A DNA stretch of 64,000 nucleotides from Candidatus Omnitrophota bacterium. GTDB lineage: Bacteria; Omnitrophota; Gorgyraeia; Gygaellales; Profunditerraquicolaceae. The stretch covers positions 23,479 to 87,478 of the forward strand of contig WOZK01000031.1 of assembly GCA_011620275.1 (NCBI GenBank), written 5' to 3'. The notes beneath the pieces were generated by a model that made no database searches, was not told where the DNA came from, and saw only the letters and a list, made by a program, of their open reading frames with translations. The position numbers and the translations under genes are program-made. Below are positions 27,907-36,671 of the stretch, piece after piece; position 1 is the stretch's first letter; every line of letters starts with the position of its first letter.

Positions 27907-28356
27907 TTATATCTGATAGACCATCTGTTCTTTATCTTTACGGTTGAGACTCTCCAGCAGGTCGGAAAAGGTGACGCCGTCGATTATGCGCATAGTGGCG
28001 GCGGAGACCCTCTGCCAGACGTCCCGGAAAACGCACTTATATATATCCCGGCACCCTTTATATCCGTCCTCAACGCAGGCGATCGGCTCAACCGGAGAAG
28101 CGATGAAACGCACAACCTGCCCCAGGGATATCTTCGACGGCGGCCTTGCGAGGAGATAACCTCCTACTTTGCCCCGGCGGCTCTCGACAAAACCGCCTTT
28201 TTTCAATTCCAGCAGCACTTGCTCAAGAAACTTGATGGGAATATCCAGCCGGCCGGCCATGTGCTGGATCCTCACCGGAACCGGCTTGTCATAATAGTGG
28301 ATCGCCAGATCAAGTATGGCTTTAAGCGCGTAATCGCCTTTATATGTTATTCTCAT
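27907..28356 (-). CDS. Rrf2-family regulator with three Cys (IscR-like)
   Basis: MRITYKGDYAL, SRRGKVGGYLLAR and C-x7-C-x5-C. Start moved to 28356. Confidence 0.9.
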   Translation of the reverse strand: MRITYKGDYALKAILDLAIHYYDKPVPVRIQHMAGRLDIPIKFLEQVLLELKKGGFVESRRGKVGGYLLARPPSKISLGQVVRFIASPVEPIACVEDGYKGCRDIYKCVFRDVWQRVSAATMRIIDGVTFSDLLESLNRKDKEQMVYQI

Positions 28357-28362
28357 GGCTAT

Positions 28363-28411
28363 AATCCTGATTATAATAGTAGAGTATACCAAAATAATGC
28401 CTTTTTGTCAA
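28363..28411 (-). promoter_or_regulatory. Sigma70 promoter with an overlapping IscR type-1-like operator
   Basis: TTGACA-N17-TATACT. ATACTCTACTATTATAATCAGGATT (28363-28387) matches 21 of 25 positions of ATASYYGACTRWWWYAGTCRRSTAT. Confidence 0.65.
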
Positions 28412-28441
28412 CCTTATTAAGGCATTAGCCTGAAACGAAAC

Positions 28442-29347
28442 TTACAAAGAAAGCAGATATCTGGCGGCGGAAAGCGCGGCTTTTGCCCCGTCTCCGGCGG
28501 CAATAATGATTTGTTTTTCCGGGACATCGGTAACGTCGCCGGCGGCGAACAGTCCTGGGACGTCGGTTCCGTTGGAACAATCGACCTTAATCTCCCCTTT
28601 TCCGTTCCTGGAGGCGATGGCGGCGAATTCGGAATTAGGGACAAGCCCTATCTCCACGAAAACCCCGCTGACCGGCAGTATCGATTCTTTACCCTGCGCC
28701 GAGAACCGTATATCTTCCACGAAACGGCCGCCTCTAACCTCTATTACCGAGGCATTCTTATAAACCTCCACATTGCCGGCGGCCGAAAGCCTGTCTATCA
28801 GGATCGTGTCGGCCGTGAAGCTCCCGGAAGATTCCAGCACATATACCCTGGAGGCTATGCGCGACATCTGTAGAGCCGCGTCCAGCGCCGAGTTGCCGCC
28901 GCCGATGACCGCGACGTTCCGGCCGGCGAACAAAGGCCCGTCGCAGACCGCGCAATAGGTAAGCCCCCTGCCGAGAAATTCCTTTTCCCCCTTAACTCCC
29001 AGCAGGCGCGAACGTTTCCCCGTCGCAACGATCACCGCCGAGGCGCTATATGTATCTCTTTCTCCGGAGACCCTGAACCGCCTGCCGTCCCGCGTAAGGG
29101 ATAAAGCGGTCTCGGGCTGCACCAGTTTGATACTGAATATCTTCAGATGCTCTTCGAATCTTGCGGTCAACTCCGGCCCGCTAACCACCTGACATCCGGT
29201 GTAATTCTCGATGCGTCCGCTCCAAGCCGCCTGTCCGCCGATGTCGCGGCTGATCATCATGAAATCCAGTCCCTTCCTAGCGGCATAGATGGCGGCCGTA
29301 ACTCCCGCCGGCCCTCCTCCTATTATCAAAAGATCCGCCTGTTGCAT
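28442..29347 (-). CDS. Thioredoxin reductase / AhpF-C-terminal-like flavoprotein
   Basis: GGGPAG, IENYTG, CAVCDG, GGGNSA, AAGDVT and KQIIIAAG. Confidence 0.93.
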   Translation of the reverse strand: MQQADLLIIGGGPAGVTAAIYAARKGLDFMMISRDIGGQAAWSGRIENYTGCQVVSGPELTARFEEHLKIFSIKLVQPETALSLTRDGRRFRVSGERDTYSASAVIVATGKRSRLLGVKGEKEFLGRGLTYCAVCDGPLFAGRNVAVIGGGNSALDAALQMSRIASRVYVLESSGSFTADTILIDRLSAAGNVEVYKNASVIEVRGGRFVEDIRFSAQGKESILPVSGVFVEIGLVPNSEFAAIASRNGKGEIKVDCSNGTDVPGLFAAGDVTDVPEKQIIIAAGDGAKAALSAARYLLSL

Positions 29348-29367
29348 CTCGCTTCCCCCGCGTCCTT

Positions 29368-29604
29368 TTAAACCAGCCCCAGCGCCTGTTTTACGCGTTC
29401 GCGGTCGAATCCTACAATAAGCTCTCCTTCGATGTCGACGACCGGCACGCCCATCTGGCCGGTCCTGTCGACGATTTCATCCGCCGCAGCGCGGTCAACG
29501 GAAACGTCGATATCCTCGAAGACAACGTTGCTTTCCTTAAGGAACTGTTTCAGGCGGATACAGTAAGGACATGTGGGAGTGCTGTAAACCTTTACATTCT
29601 TCAT
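29368..29604 (-). CDS. Glutaredoxin-like protein (YruB/NrdH family)
   Basis: YSTPTCPYC, GQMGVPV and VGFD. Confidence 0.93.
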   Translation of the reverse strand: MKNVKVYSTPTCPYCIRLKQFLKESNVVFEDIDVSVDRAAADEIVDRTGQMGVPVVDIEGELIVGFDRERVKQALGLV

Positions 29605-29641
29605 ATACGCCTCCTTTACCGGGACCGGGCGGCCTCGCCTG

Positions 29642-30106
29642 TCAAGTCTTAAGAACGTCCGGTGTCAAATCCATAATACTTGCAACGTTCAGCTTAATCA
29701 TATATTCGGGTTCCGGGAGCAGGGCTTCGGGATGAAAAGGATGCCCTTTGCGGCCGCCGAGGTTGGTTATCAATCTTTGCGCCAGCCTGGCGGTTATTCT
29801 GTTCTCCCATAATCTCAAGACCTCTGCCGGCAGCCGTTCTTTCAGAATTATCTCCGCCTCCCCTTTTAGGCAATACCCCTTGAATCCGTGTTCTTCGACG
29901 GCAGTTACGCTGAACCTGCCACTGCGCAGTATATTGCCGTAAGTGCGTTTCTTATAAAGATCCAGCAGGTATATCTCCCCCGCGGGAGCGACTATATCCA
30001 CCACGCCTTTACAAGAGGAATGCGGATAACCGTCCGCGTCTATGGAACAGGCTACGACAAAACTCTGCGCGAGCAAAAAAGAAGAAACTTTTTCCGGGAT
30101 AATCAT
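29642..30106 (-). CDS. Pyridoxamine 5'-phosphate oxidase-family FMN-binding protein
   Basis: SIDADGYPHSSCKG, RTYGNI and GYCLKG. Start moved to MIIPEK because the longer ORF overlaps the rubredoxin. Confidence 0.75.
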   Translation of the reverse strand: MIIPEKVSSFLLAQSFVVACSIDADGYPHSSCKGVVDIVAPAGEIYLLDLYKKRTYGNILRSGRFSVTAVEEHGFKGYCLKGEAEIILKERLPAEVLRLWENRITARLAQRLITNLGGRKGHPFHPEALLPEPEYMIKLNVASIMDLTPDVLKT

Positions 30107-30113
30107 AAGCGGG

Positions 30114-30272
30114 CTAAATTTTCTCGAACATATCTTTCCCGACACCGCATTCTGGGCAAACCCAGGCATCCGACAAAGCCTCAAACGCCGTCCCCGGAGC
30201 GATCCCGGCTGAAGGATCCCCCTGCTGAGGATCATATATATATCCGCAAACTGTACAACGGTATTTCTGCAT
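30114..30272 (-). CDS. Rubredoxin (52 aa, missing from the ORF track)
   Basis: AGGAGG RBS followed by [52 protein letters not shown]. Confidence 0.96.
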   Translation of the reverse strand: MQKYRCTVCGYIYDPQQGDPSAGIAPGTAFEALSDAWVCPECGVGKDMFEKI

Positions 30273-30446
30273 AATAACCTCCTTTGCGCCGCAAATAATT
30301 CGGCGTTCCGCGGTCTGCTCATGATTTCAAAACTGAGCGGTATTTGTATTATCCGCGCGCCAAGGGCGGCGGTCCAGTTTCGGCTCGTGATTTTACCTTA
30401 GCCTAAAGGAGAGGCGTGTGTTCACCTGTGTGAAAGTATTCACTAC

Positions 30447-31643
30447 TCACTTGTGCGCTTCGATAAGTCTGCGCCCGAAATCACGGCCGAATTCGCGGCA
30501 GGCCTCTAAATCAACCGGAGAAGGGCAATATTGAACGGAGATTCCGCGGCAAACCGGAGGTATACCGGCTCCGGACAACACCGCTTCCATCTCATTCACC
30601 GCCCCGCCAGCCCAGCCGAAAGAGCCGAAAACCGCACTAAGACGGTTCCGCGGTTTTAATCCTTTGAGCAAATGAAGGAATCCGGCGAGATCCGGCAGCA
30701 TGCCGTTGTCATGGGTGGATGAACCAAAAAGATATCCTCCGGCCTCAAGCATCCTGCCTATTATTTCCGTGCGGTCGGCCCGGTTTATGTCGAACACCTC
30801 GGCCTCTACCCCCGCCTCCAACAACCCGGAGTAAATCGCGCCCGCCATCTTTTCAGTGCCTCCCCACATGCTTTCATAGACGATCACGGCCCTGGGGACT
30901 GAAGAATTCAGCGCCCAACGGGAGTAGCTCTCGATTATCGCGCCGGGATCGTTACGCCATATCATACCGTGGCTGGGAGCGATCATGGAGACCGACAGGC
31001 CGCTTTCCCGCAGTTCCGCGATCTTTCCGGATACAAGCCGGCTCAAAGGCCAGAGGATATTGGCGTAGTATTTGGCCGCCTCTCGCATAAGCGTCCCCTG
31101 CTCGGCCTCGTCGGCGAACCTTCTGCAGTGGGCGAGGTGCTGCCCGAAAGCGTCGTTGGAAAATAGTATTTCCTTCCCTTCCAGATAAGTGAACATACTG
31201 TCCGGCCAATGCAGCATGGGGGCTTCAATAAAAACGAGCGATCTCTTCCCCAGGGCAAGTCTGTCGCCGGTCTTTACGGTCTGAAAAGGCCAATCCGCGT
31301 AATAATGCCTCGATAGACCCTCGCGGCATTTTGCCGTCCCTAACAGCTTTGCCCGTGGGGCCGCGCGCATCACTTCCGGCAAGGCTCCCGAATGGTCTGT
31401 TTCCACGTGGTTCGCCACGACATAATCTATCTTCTCCGGTGGTACGATCGCGGAGATATTCTCCAGCAAATCCCGTGAAAAAGGTCCGAATACGGTATCT
31501 ATAAGAGTGATCTTGTCATCTATTATAAGGTAGGCATTATACGTAGTTCCCGAGGAAGTATTGAAAGTGTGACCGTGAAAATTCCTGATGTTCCAGTCCA
31601 CGGCACCGACCCAGAATATATCTTTGCTTATTTCACAAAACAC
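30447..31643 (-). CDS. fprA: Flavodiiron protein (A-type flavoprotein)
   Basis: GTTYNAYL, HVETDHSG, HWPDSM, SNDAFGQH and flavodoxin domain YESMWGGT. Confidence 0.95.
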   Translation of the reverse strand: MFCEISKDIFWVGAVDWNIRNFHGHTFNTSSGTTYNAYLIIDDKITLIDTVFGPFSRDLLENISAIVPPEKIDYVVANHVETDHSGALPEVMRAAPRAKLLGTAKCREGLSRHYYADWPFQTVKTGDRLALGKRSLVFIEAPMLHWPDSMFTYLEGKEILFSNDAFGQHLAHCRRFADEAEQGTLMREAAKYYANILWPLSRLVSGKIAELRESGLSVSMIAPSHGMIWRNDPGAIIESYSRWALNSSVPRAVIVYESMWGGTEKMAGAIYSGLLEAGVEAEVFDINRADRTEIIGRMLEAGGYLFGSSTHDNGMLPDLAGFLHLLKGLKPRNRLSAVFGSFGWAGGAVNEMEAVLSGAGIPPVCRGISVQYCPSPVDLEACREFGRDFGRRLIEAHK

Positions 31644-31657
31644 CGGCTCCTCCTTTA

Positions 31658-31690
31658 GGCTTGAAAACCGGGGATTCCTGCGGTTTGATT
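31658..31690. repeat. REP-like half element
   Basis: GGCTTGAAAACCGGGGATTCCTGCGGTTTGATT; 30 bp of it are identical to 23837-23866. Confidence 0.8.
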
Positions 31691-31704
31691 GAAGCTCCCC
31701 GCCA

Positions 31705-32748
31705 TCATTCGCTCACGATATCCTTGCCGGTCTCCTGCCCCCGCCAGAATACCAACCGCCGCCTGGCGTACGCGATATTCTGTTCCTGTTGAACGTCCTT
31801 TCCCGCCCTGGCGAGGAAATCGGAATACGCCGCCGCGGCTTCCCTGCCCTTAAAAAGTTTGTCGAACACAAGCGCCTTGTTGAAATAAGCGGCGGTGAAT
31901 CCGGGATCTATCTTCAAGGCCATGTTGAAATCGTTAAGGGCGTCCATGTATTTCTCCTGCCGGCGGAAGACGACGCCCCGGTTATTGTAGGCCTTGACGC
32001 AGGCGGGGTCCAGCTCTATGGCCCTGGAATAATCGGCGATAGCCTTGGCGTACTGTTTAAGACGCAGGAAAACGTTGCCGCGGTCGTTGTACGCCTGCAC
32101 ATAAAAAGGGTCTATGCGTAGGGCTTCGTTAAAATCGGCCAGGGCGGAATCAAAAACTCCGAGTTTGAAATAAGCGTTACCCCGGTTATCGTAAGCCTCG
32201 CTGTAATCCTCATCCAGCTCTATTGCAGTGCCGAAATCCCGCACGGCCTTCTCGTACATCCCGGTCTCGAGATTAACCCTCCCCCTGGCGTTGTATCCCG
32301 GAGCGTAAGAAGAATCCATCCCTACCATCTTTTCCCCGTCGGCCCCGGCAGACCTATAATCTGTCTTATCGAGAAAAATATTGCAGCGTATAAGATACGC
32401 TTTTATGTAACCGGGGCTGGCTTCTATGGCGGCGTCCAGCTCTTCCAACGCCGGATTATGATATTTTTTACGGAAATAATCCACGCCTTTGAATATATTC
32501 ACAGCCGTAGAGGAAGGCACCAGACCCTGCCGGATATCCTCGATTATCTGCAGGTAAAAAACCGCCTCCGGATCTAACCTGTTGAGCTGGTATGCCTGCC
32601 GGAATTCCGCGGATGCCGAAGGGAAATCGGCTTTCATGGCGTAAACCACCCCGCGGTAAATGAATTCGCCTCTTTCCCCGGCGGCAAAAGCCGCGCCGGA
32701 CGACAACAATACCGCCCCCAGGATAAACCCGGATATCTTAGTCAGCAT
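31705..32748 (-). CDS. Secreted tetratricopeptide repeat protein
   Basis: Signal peptide and repeated AY.NRG..Y...A..DF..A...DP units. Start moved to MLTKIS. Confidence 0.88.
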   Translation of the reverse strand: MLTKISGFILGAVLLSSGAAFAAGERGEFIYRGVVYAMKADFPSASAEFRQAYQLNRLDPEAVFYLQIIEDIRQGLVPSSTAVNIFKGVDYFRKKYHNPALEELDAAIEASPGYIKAYLIRCNIFLDKTDYRSAGADGEKMVGMDSSYAPGYNARGRVNLETGMYEKAVRDFGTAIELDEDYSEAYDNRGNAYFKLGVFDSALADFNEALRIDPFYVQAYNDRGNVFLRLKQYAKAIADYSRAIELDPACVKAYNNRGVVFRRQEKYMDALNDFNMALKIDPGFTAAYFNKALVFDKLFKGREAAAAYSDFLARAGKDVQQEQNIAYARRRLVFWRGQETGKDIVSE

Positions 32749-32987
32749 GATTCTTCCCTCCGGAGAGGAATACCTCGTACTAAAACCAGCAGTTCCTCTG
32801 TTTTTCCGGCGAAGCGGATGCGTCGCCGGTACACAGCGCATATTCGGCTGCAGATTTACTGCTATTCTTTTTCCGACAGTAATCGATTCGGAGCAAATCC
32901 CTCTTTTTGATTCTCGATCGCTCCTGCAGCATCCCTGAAACTTACAACCAATCATCCCGTTTTGATCAATCGGCCGGCACGAAAGTC

Positions 32988-33389
32988 TCAGCCAATAGTC
33001 AATACAGCCGAATTCTCCCAGAGCCCGTGGATATTACAATAAGCGCAGGCGACCACCGTGCCCGGCTTCTCTGTTTTTATCTTCACTGTTACCCCGGGGA
33101 GAGAATATACGCCGCTGGTATCCGACCCCTGGGTAGACGCTCCATGCGCGGGAAATTCGCACCTGGCGACCTGATAAGGGAATTTCTCGCCCTGCGGAAG
33201 AAAATACACCTCTATATAAGCGATATGATGAGCTGAGGTGTTTGGATGCGGAATCTGCCTGCCAACCGTCACGATTATCTCGAATGTCCCGTCTTTAGAC
33301 GCCTGAAGAGGCAAATCTATAGCCGGAACGTGTTTTTCCGTTTTCCAATCGGCATTCTGGAACAGGTCTTTCATCAAAGTCATTTTCAC
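32988..33389 (-). CDS. Class II superoxide reductase-like (neelaredoxin/SORL) protein
   Basis: EKHVP, HPNTSAHHI and CNIHGLWE. Confidence 0.92.
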   Translation of the reverse strand: MKMTLMKDLFQNADWKTEKHVPAIDLPLQASKDGTFEIIVTVGRQIPHPNTSAHHIAYIEVYFLPQGEKFPYQVARCEFPAHGASTQGSDTSGVYSLPGVTVKIKTEKPGTVVACAYCNIHGLWENSAVLTIG

Positions 33390-33399
33390 GACTCCTTCT

Positions 33400-33771
33400 T
33401 CAATAGCCGGTGAAACCTTCGTTTTTAATGTTGCTTCCGAGGCACCTGATCTGCGAACAAACCCCTCTCATTTCCGTTACCATGGCGGGAGACCCGAAAA
33501 TGAATACCGTTCTATCCTTGAATAACGGATCGCGCCCTTCTATGAAAGCGCGGTCTATCCGCCCGTAAAAACAGCCATCCTCCGGCGGCCGGCTCTCGGT
33601 AACCACATAGTGCACCTTAAACCGGCCGTTATCCGGAGCCGCCTCATCGAAAATAAGTTTCAGGAACTGCCCGGGAAGGAAATCAATTTTCTCCGCGCAG
33701 TCGAAACGAAAACTCCTGATACAGGAAGTCCTTTCCGTGCCGCCGGCAAAGGAAACATCGAATATCCTCAT
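33400..33771 (-). pseudogene. Internally deleted FAD/NAD(P)-binding oxidoreductase (FNR-like)
   Basis: The N-terminus (SFRF...FLPGQF) is fused directly to the C-terminus (GRID...FIFGSPAMV...EGFTGY). The RxYS and GGxGxxP motifs are absent. Confidence 0.7.
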
Positions 33772-34712
33772 AAGCCGCACTCGTCCAGCACGTTTCTTAT
33801 CTCCACGGCCGACTTCTTCAACAATCCAATCTCTACTTCGTTAAGCCTGGGCCTGAGGATCTGCCGCACTCCGGAACGGTTCACCACCGCCGGGAGGCTC
33901 ATATAGACGTCGTTCATGCCGTAATAATCCGCAACAAGGCAGCCGACCGGCAACACGGAATTCTGATCGTGCAGGACGGCATGAGTGATACGCACCAGGG
34001 CGAGCCCGATACCATAGGAAGTCTCCCCTTTGCGCTCGATGACCTTGTAAGCGAAAGTGCGCACTTCCTCCGATATTTTTTCCAGCAGGTCCCCACGGTC
34101 GCATTTACCGCAGACCGGACAGTATTCATCCAGCAGTATCCCGCCGATCATAGCGCGGCTCCAGACAGGGAACTCGCTGTCCCCGTGCTCCCCCAGCATG
34201 TAAGCGTGAATGTTGCGCGCGTCGACACCGCAATGGCATGAGAGTAACCAGCGCAACCTGCCGGAATCCAGCACCGTGCCGGAACCTATCACCTTCCCGG
34301 AAGGCCTGCCGGAGAATTTATACGCGGCGTAAGACAGCACGTCTACCGGATTGGAAACTATAAGGAGTACCGCGTCCGGAGCGTGTTTTACTATCTCGGG
34401 GACGATCCGGCGAAAGAGGTCCACGTTGTCCTTTGCCAGCGCCATGCGCGTCTGGCCCGGGTTTTGCTTGCGCCCGGCGGTAATCACCACCAGGTCCGAT
34501 CCTGCGATATCCGAGTATGTCCCGGAAGAGACTTCTACCGGAGAAACGATATACGGCATGCCGCTGGAAAGATCGAGGACCTCTCCTTCCGCGCGCTCTG
34601 TGTCGACGTCAACTATCACGATCGATCTGGCCGCTCCTCCGATCATAAGACTGTAGGTGTAGCGCATGCCGACGTTGCCGCAGCCGATGACCGCAACTTT
34701 TGGTTTAAGCAT
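33768..34712 (-). CDS. ldh: L-lactate dehydrogenase
   Basis: GCGNVG, TAGRKQNPGQTR (Gln specificity residue), NPVD, LDSGR and GEHGDS. Confidence 0.92.
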   Translation of the reverse strand: MLKPKVAVIGCGNVGMRYTYSLMIGGAARSIVIVDVDTERAEGEVLDLSSGMPYIVSPVEVSSGTYSDIAGSDLVVITAGRKQNPGQTRMALAKDNVDLFRRIVPEIVKHAPDAVLLIVSNPVDVLSYAAYKFSGRPSGKVIGSGTVLDSGRLRWLLSCHCGVDARNIHAYMLGEHGDSEFPVWSRAMIGGILLDEYCPVCGKCDRGDLLEKISEEVRTFAYKVIERKGETSYGIGLALVRITHAVLHDQNSVLPVGCLVADYYGMNDVYMSLPAVVNRSGVRQILRPRLNEVEIGLLKKSAVEIRNVLDECGL

Positions 34713-34725
34713 CCATTCCCCCGCT

Positions 34726-35829
34726 CTACAGTCCCGCTTTCAGTGTGCTGTTCTCCAGCTCTTCTATCTCCGCCTTCAGCTTATCCGGCAAACCCAGCAC
34801 CCCGCCATCCATGAATCCACGCACGATCAGCGACTGCGCCTCCCGAGGGGAGAACCCGCGGCAGCGCAGGTATTCGATTTCATCCTTGTTGATCCTGCCG
34901 ATGGCGGCTTCATGCGAAAGGTCCACGTCGCGGTAATCGGTCTCCATCTCCGGTATCGCGTAAATGCTGCCCTGTTCCGGCAGTATCAGGCCCCGGCATT
35001 CCAGGTGACCTTTGACGTTGCGGGCGGAGGCCTTGATATGCCCGCGGGCCACCACCTTTCCGCCCAGACTGACCGCTCTCGAGATGATCTCCGCCTGCGT
35101 CTCCTCGGCCTGCAGCGCGACGCGGGATCCGACGTCCTGCAGGGAACCGGGATGCGAAAGTATTATGGAATTAAAACTCGCCCGCGCTTTTCTGCCGTGC
35201 AAAAGAGCCGTGGGATACATAGTGATGTCGCGCACCGGTTTCAGACAGACGTAATTCGAGATAAACACCGCCTCTTCCCCGACGGAAGTGATGCTCACCG
35301 GTTTCACGCTGACGCTTTCCTGCCAGGAATGGATCATGGTAAAATTAAGATATGCCCCGTTGTGCACGAAAAATTCCGATATACCCAGATGCATGCCTTC
35401 GGACGCGGAGTGGGAGGCGGAACACCCCGTTATTATGTAGGCCTTGGCACCCTCTTCCACTACGATCAGGTTGTGCACCTTCTGCCTGAACCCCTGCTGT
35501 TTCAGAAAAAGGCAGGCCTGCACCGGGAATTCTATTTTATGACCGCGCTTGACCCGGATGAAATATCCGCCTTCAGTCTCTCTGTCGAAATCCCTGCCCG
35601 TGGAACGGAAATTAGCGCCGAAATAACCGGCGGCCTCCGGATATGTTTCCAAGGCTTCCTTGATCTCCATTATCTCCAGGCCGTCTGAAAGGGACCGGGC
35701 AAACATCAGCCCGGAGTCCTGCTGCAGGAAGCTTCCCGAGCGGTCCTTCTCGGAGAAATCCATCCCCGTGGAGACGATGGTATCACGGTCGCGACCCTCC
35801 AGATTATCTTGCCGATTGTGCTCTGTCAT
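34726..35829 (-). CDS. SufB/SufD-family protein (SmsB-like minimal Fe-S scaffold)
   Basis: QKVHN, ITGC, GISEFF, GHLECRGL, PEME, LSHEAAIG and YLRCRG. Start moved to MTEHN. Confidence 0.9.
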   Translation of the reverse strand: MTEHNRQDNLEGRDRDTIVSTGMDFSEKDRSGSFLQQDSGLMFARSLSDGLEIMEIKEALETYPEAAGYFGANFRSTGRDFDRETEGGYFIRVKRGHKIEFPVQACLFLKQQGFRQKVHNLIVVEEGAKAYIITGCSASHSASEGMHLGISEFFVHNGAYLNFTMIHSWQESVSVKPVSITSVGEEAVFISNYVCLKPVRDITMYPTALLHGRKARASFNSIILSHPGSLQDVGSRVALQAEETQAEIISRAVSLGGKVVARGHIKASARNVKGHLECRGLILPEQGSIYAIPEMETDYRDVDLSHEAAIGRINKDEIEYLRCRGFSPREAQSLIVRGFMDGGVLGLPDKLKAEIEELENSTLKAGL

Positions 35830-36535
35830 CGCATTCCATACATTTGTCGTATCCGCGTTCCCTGATGTTTTCGAATATCTCTTTCGGCCTGCCCACGCAC
35901 CACATCTTCCCATCTATCATCACGCAGCCTTTCCCGGCGTTTATATAATCCAGGATATAACCGGTATGGGTTATGATCAGGGCCGACTTGCCTTCTTCTT
36001 TGAGATATCCATCCAGTACTTTTCCCATGACCGAAATGTTCTCCAGATCCACGCCCGACTCCGGCTCGTCGAGGAGGAGCAGATCGGGATCCTGCAGGAT
36101 CAGTTGAAAAAGTTCCGAACGTTTCATCTCTCCTCCGGAAAACCCCATATTTATGTCCCTGGATAGATGCGAAGAAAGAGAAAGCCTTTCCGACATCTCC
36201 TTTATCAACCCGGCATTGCCGTTCAGACGGCCGGCGACCTGGGCAAGCTTGACGCCCCTGACCTGCGGAGGGTGCTGATACATTAACCCGAGACCGAGCT
36301 TCACTCTTTCTTCCACGGGAAGCCCGTCTATCCTGGTCTCTCCCAGAAAGATTTCGCCGGAGATCACTTTGTACCCCTCGAATCCCATTATCGCCTTAAG
36401 CAGCGTGCTCTTGCCGCTGCCGTTCGGCCCAAACAGCACAACCACTTCCCCCTTGCGTATATGCATATTCACGCCCTGAAGGATGAGATGCCCGGACACT
36501 TCCACGCTTATATCTTTGACTTCAAGCATCATCAT
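35804..36535 (-). CDS. SufC-like ABC ATPase (SmsC-like)
   Basis: GPNGSGKST, GFSGGEMKRSE, DEPESGVD, ITHTG and a C-terminal CxxC (CMEC). Confidence 0.9.
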   Translation of the reverse strand: MMMLEVKDISVEVSGHLILQGVNMHIRKGEVVVLFGPNGSGKSTLLKAIMGFEGYKVISGEIFLGETRIDGLPVEERVKLGLGLMYQHPPQVRGVKLAQVAGRLNGNAGLIKEMSERLSLSSHLSRDINMGFSGGEMKRSELFQLILQDPDLLLLDEPESGVDLENISVMGKVLDGYLKEEGKSALIITHTGYILDYINAGKGCVMIDGKMWCVGRPKEIFENIRERGYDKCMECDDRAQSAR

Positions 36536-36671
36536 GATTTCCCTTTGTATGACCGGCTCGCCGGCCCGTTCTATTCTACCAGTAAAGGAACTCCTTAGTA
36601 AACTATTTTCTTGAGAGAAACCTCCCGGTAGAAGCTGCATTCCTGGGCGGCAGCCGAAGGTGCGCTCCCGG

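Noticed and set aside
6614-31690. Recurrent ~30-bp repeat as a possible CRISPR repeat
   Set aside because: The copies are dispersed, not tandem with regular spacers, and there are no cas genes in the window.
28442-33389. Selenocysteine recoding in the redox genes
   Set aside because: All active-site positions are ordinary Cys codons (CAVC, CPYC, CxxCG) and no in-frame TGA interrupts them.
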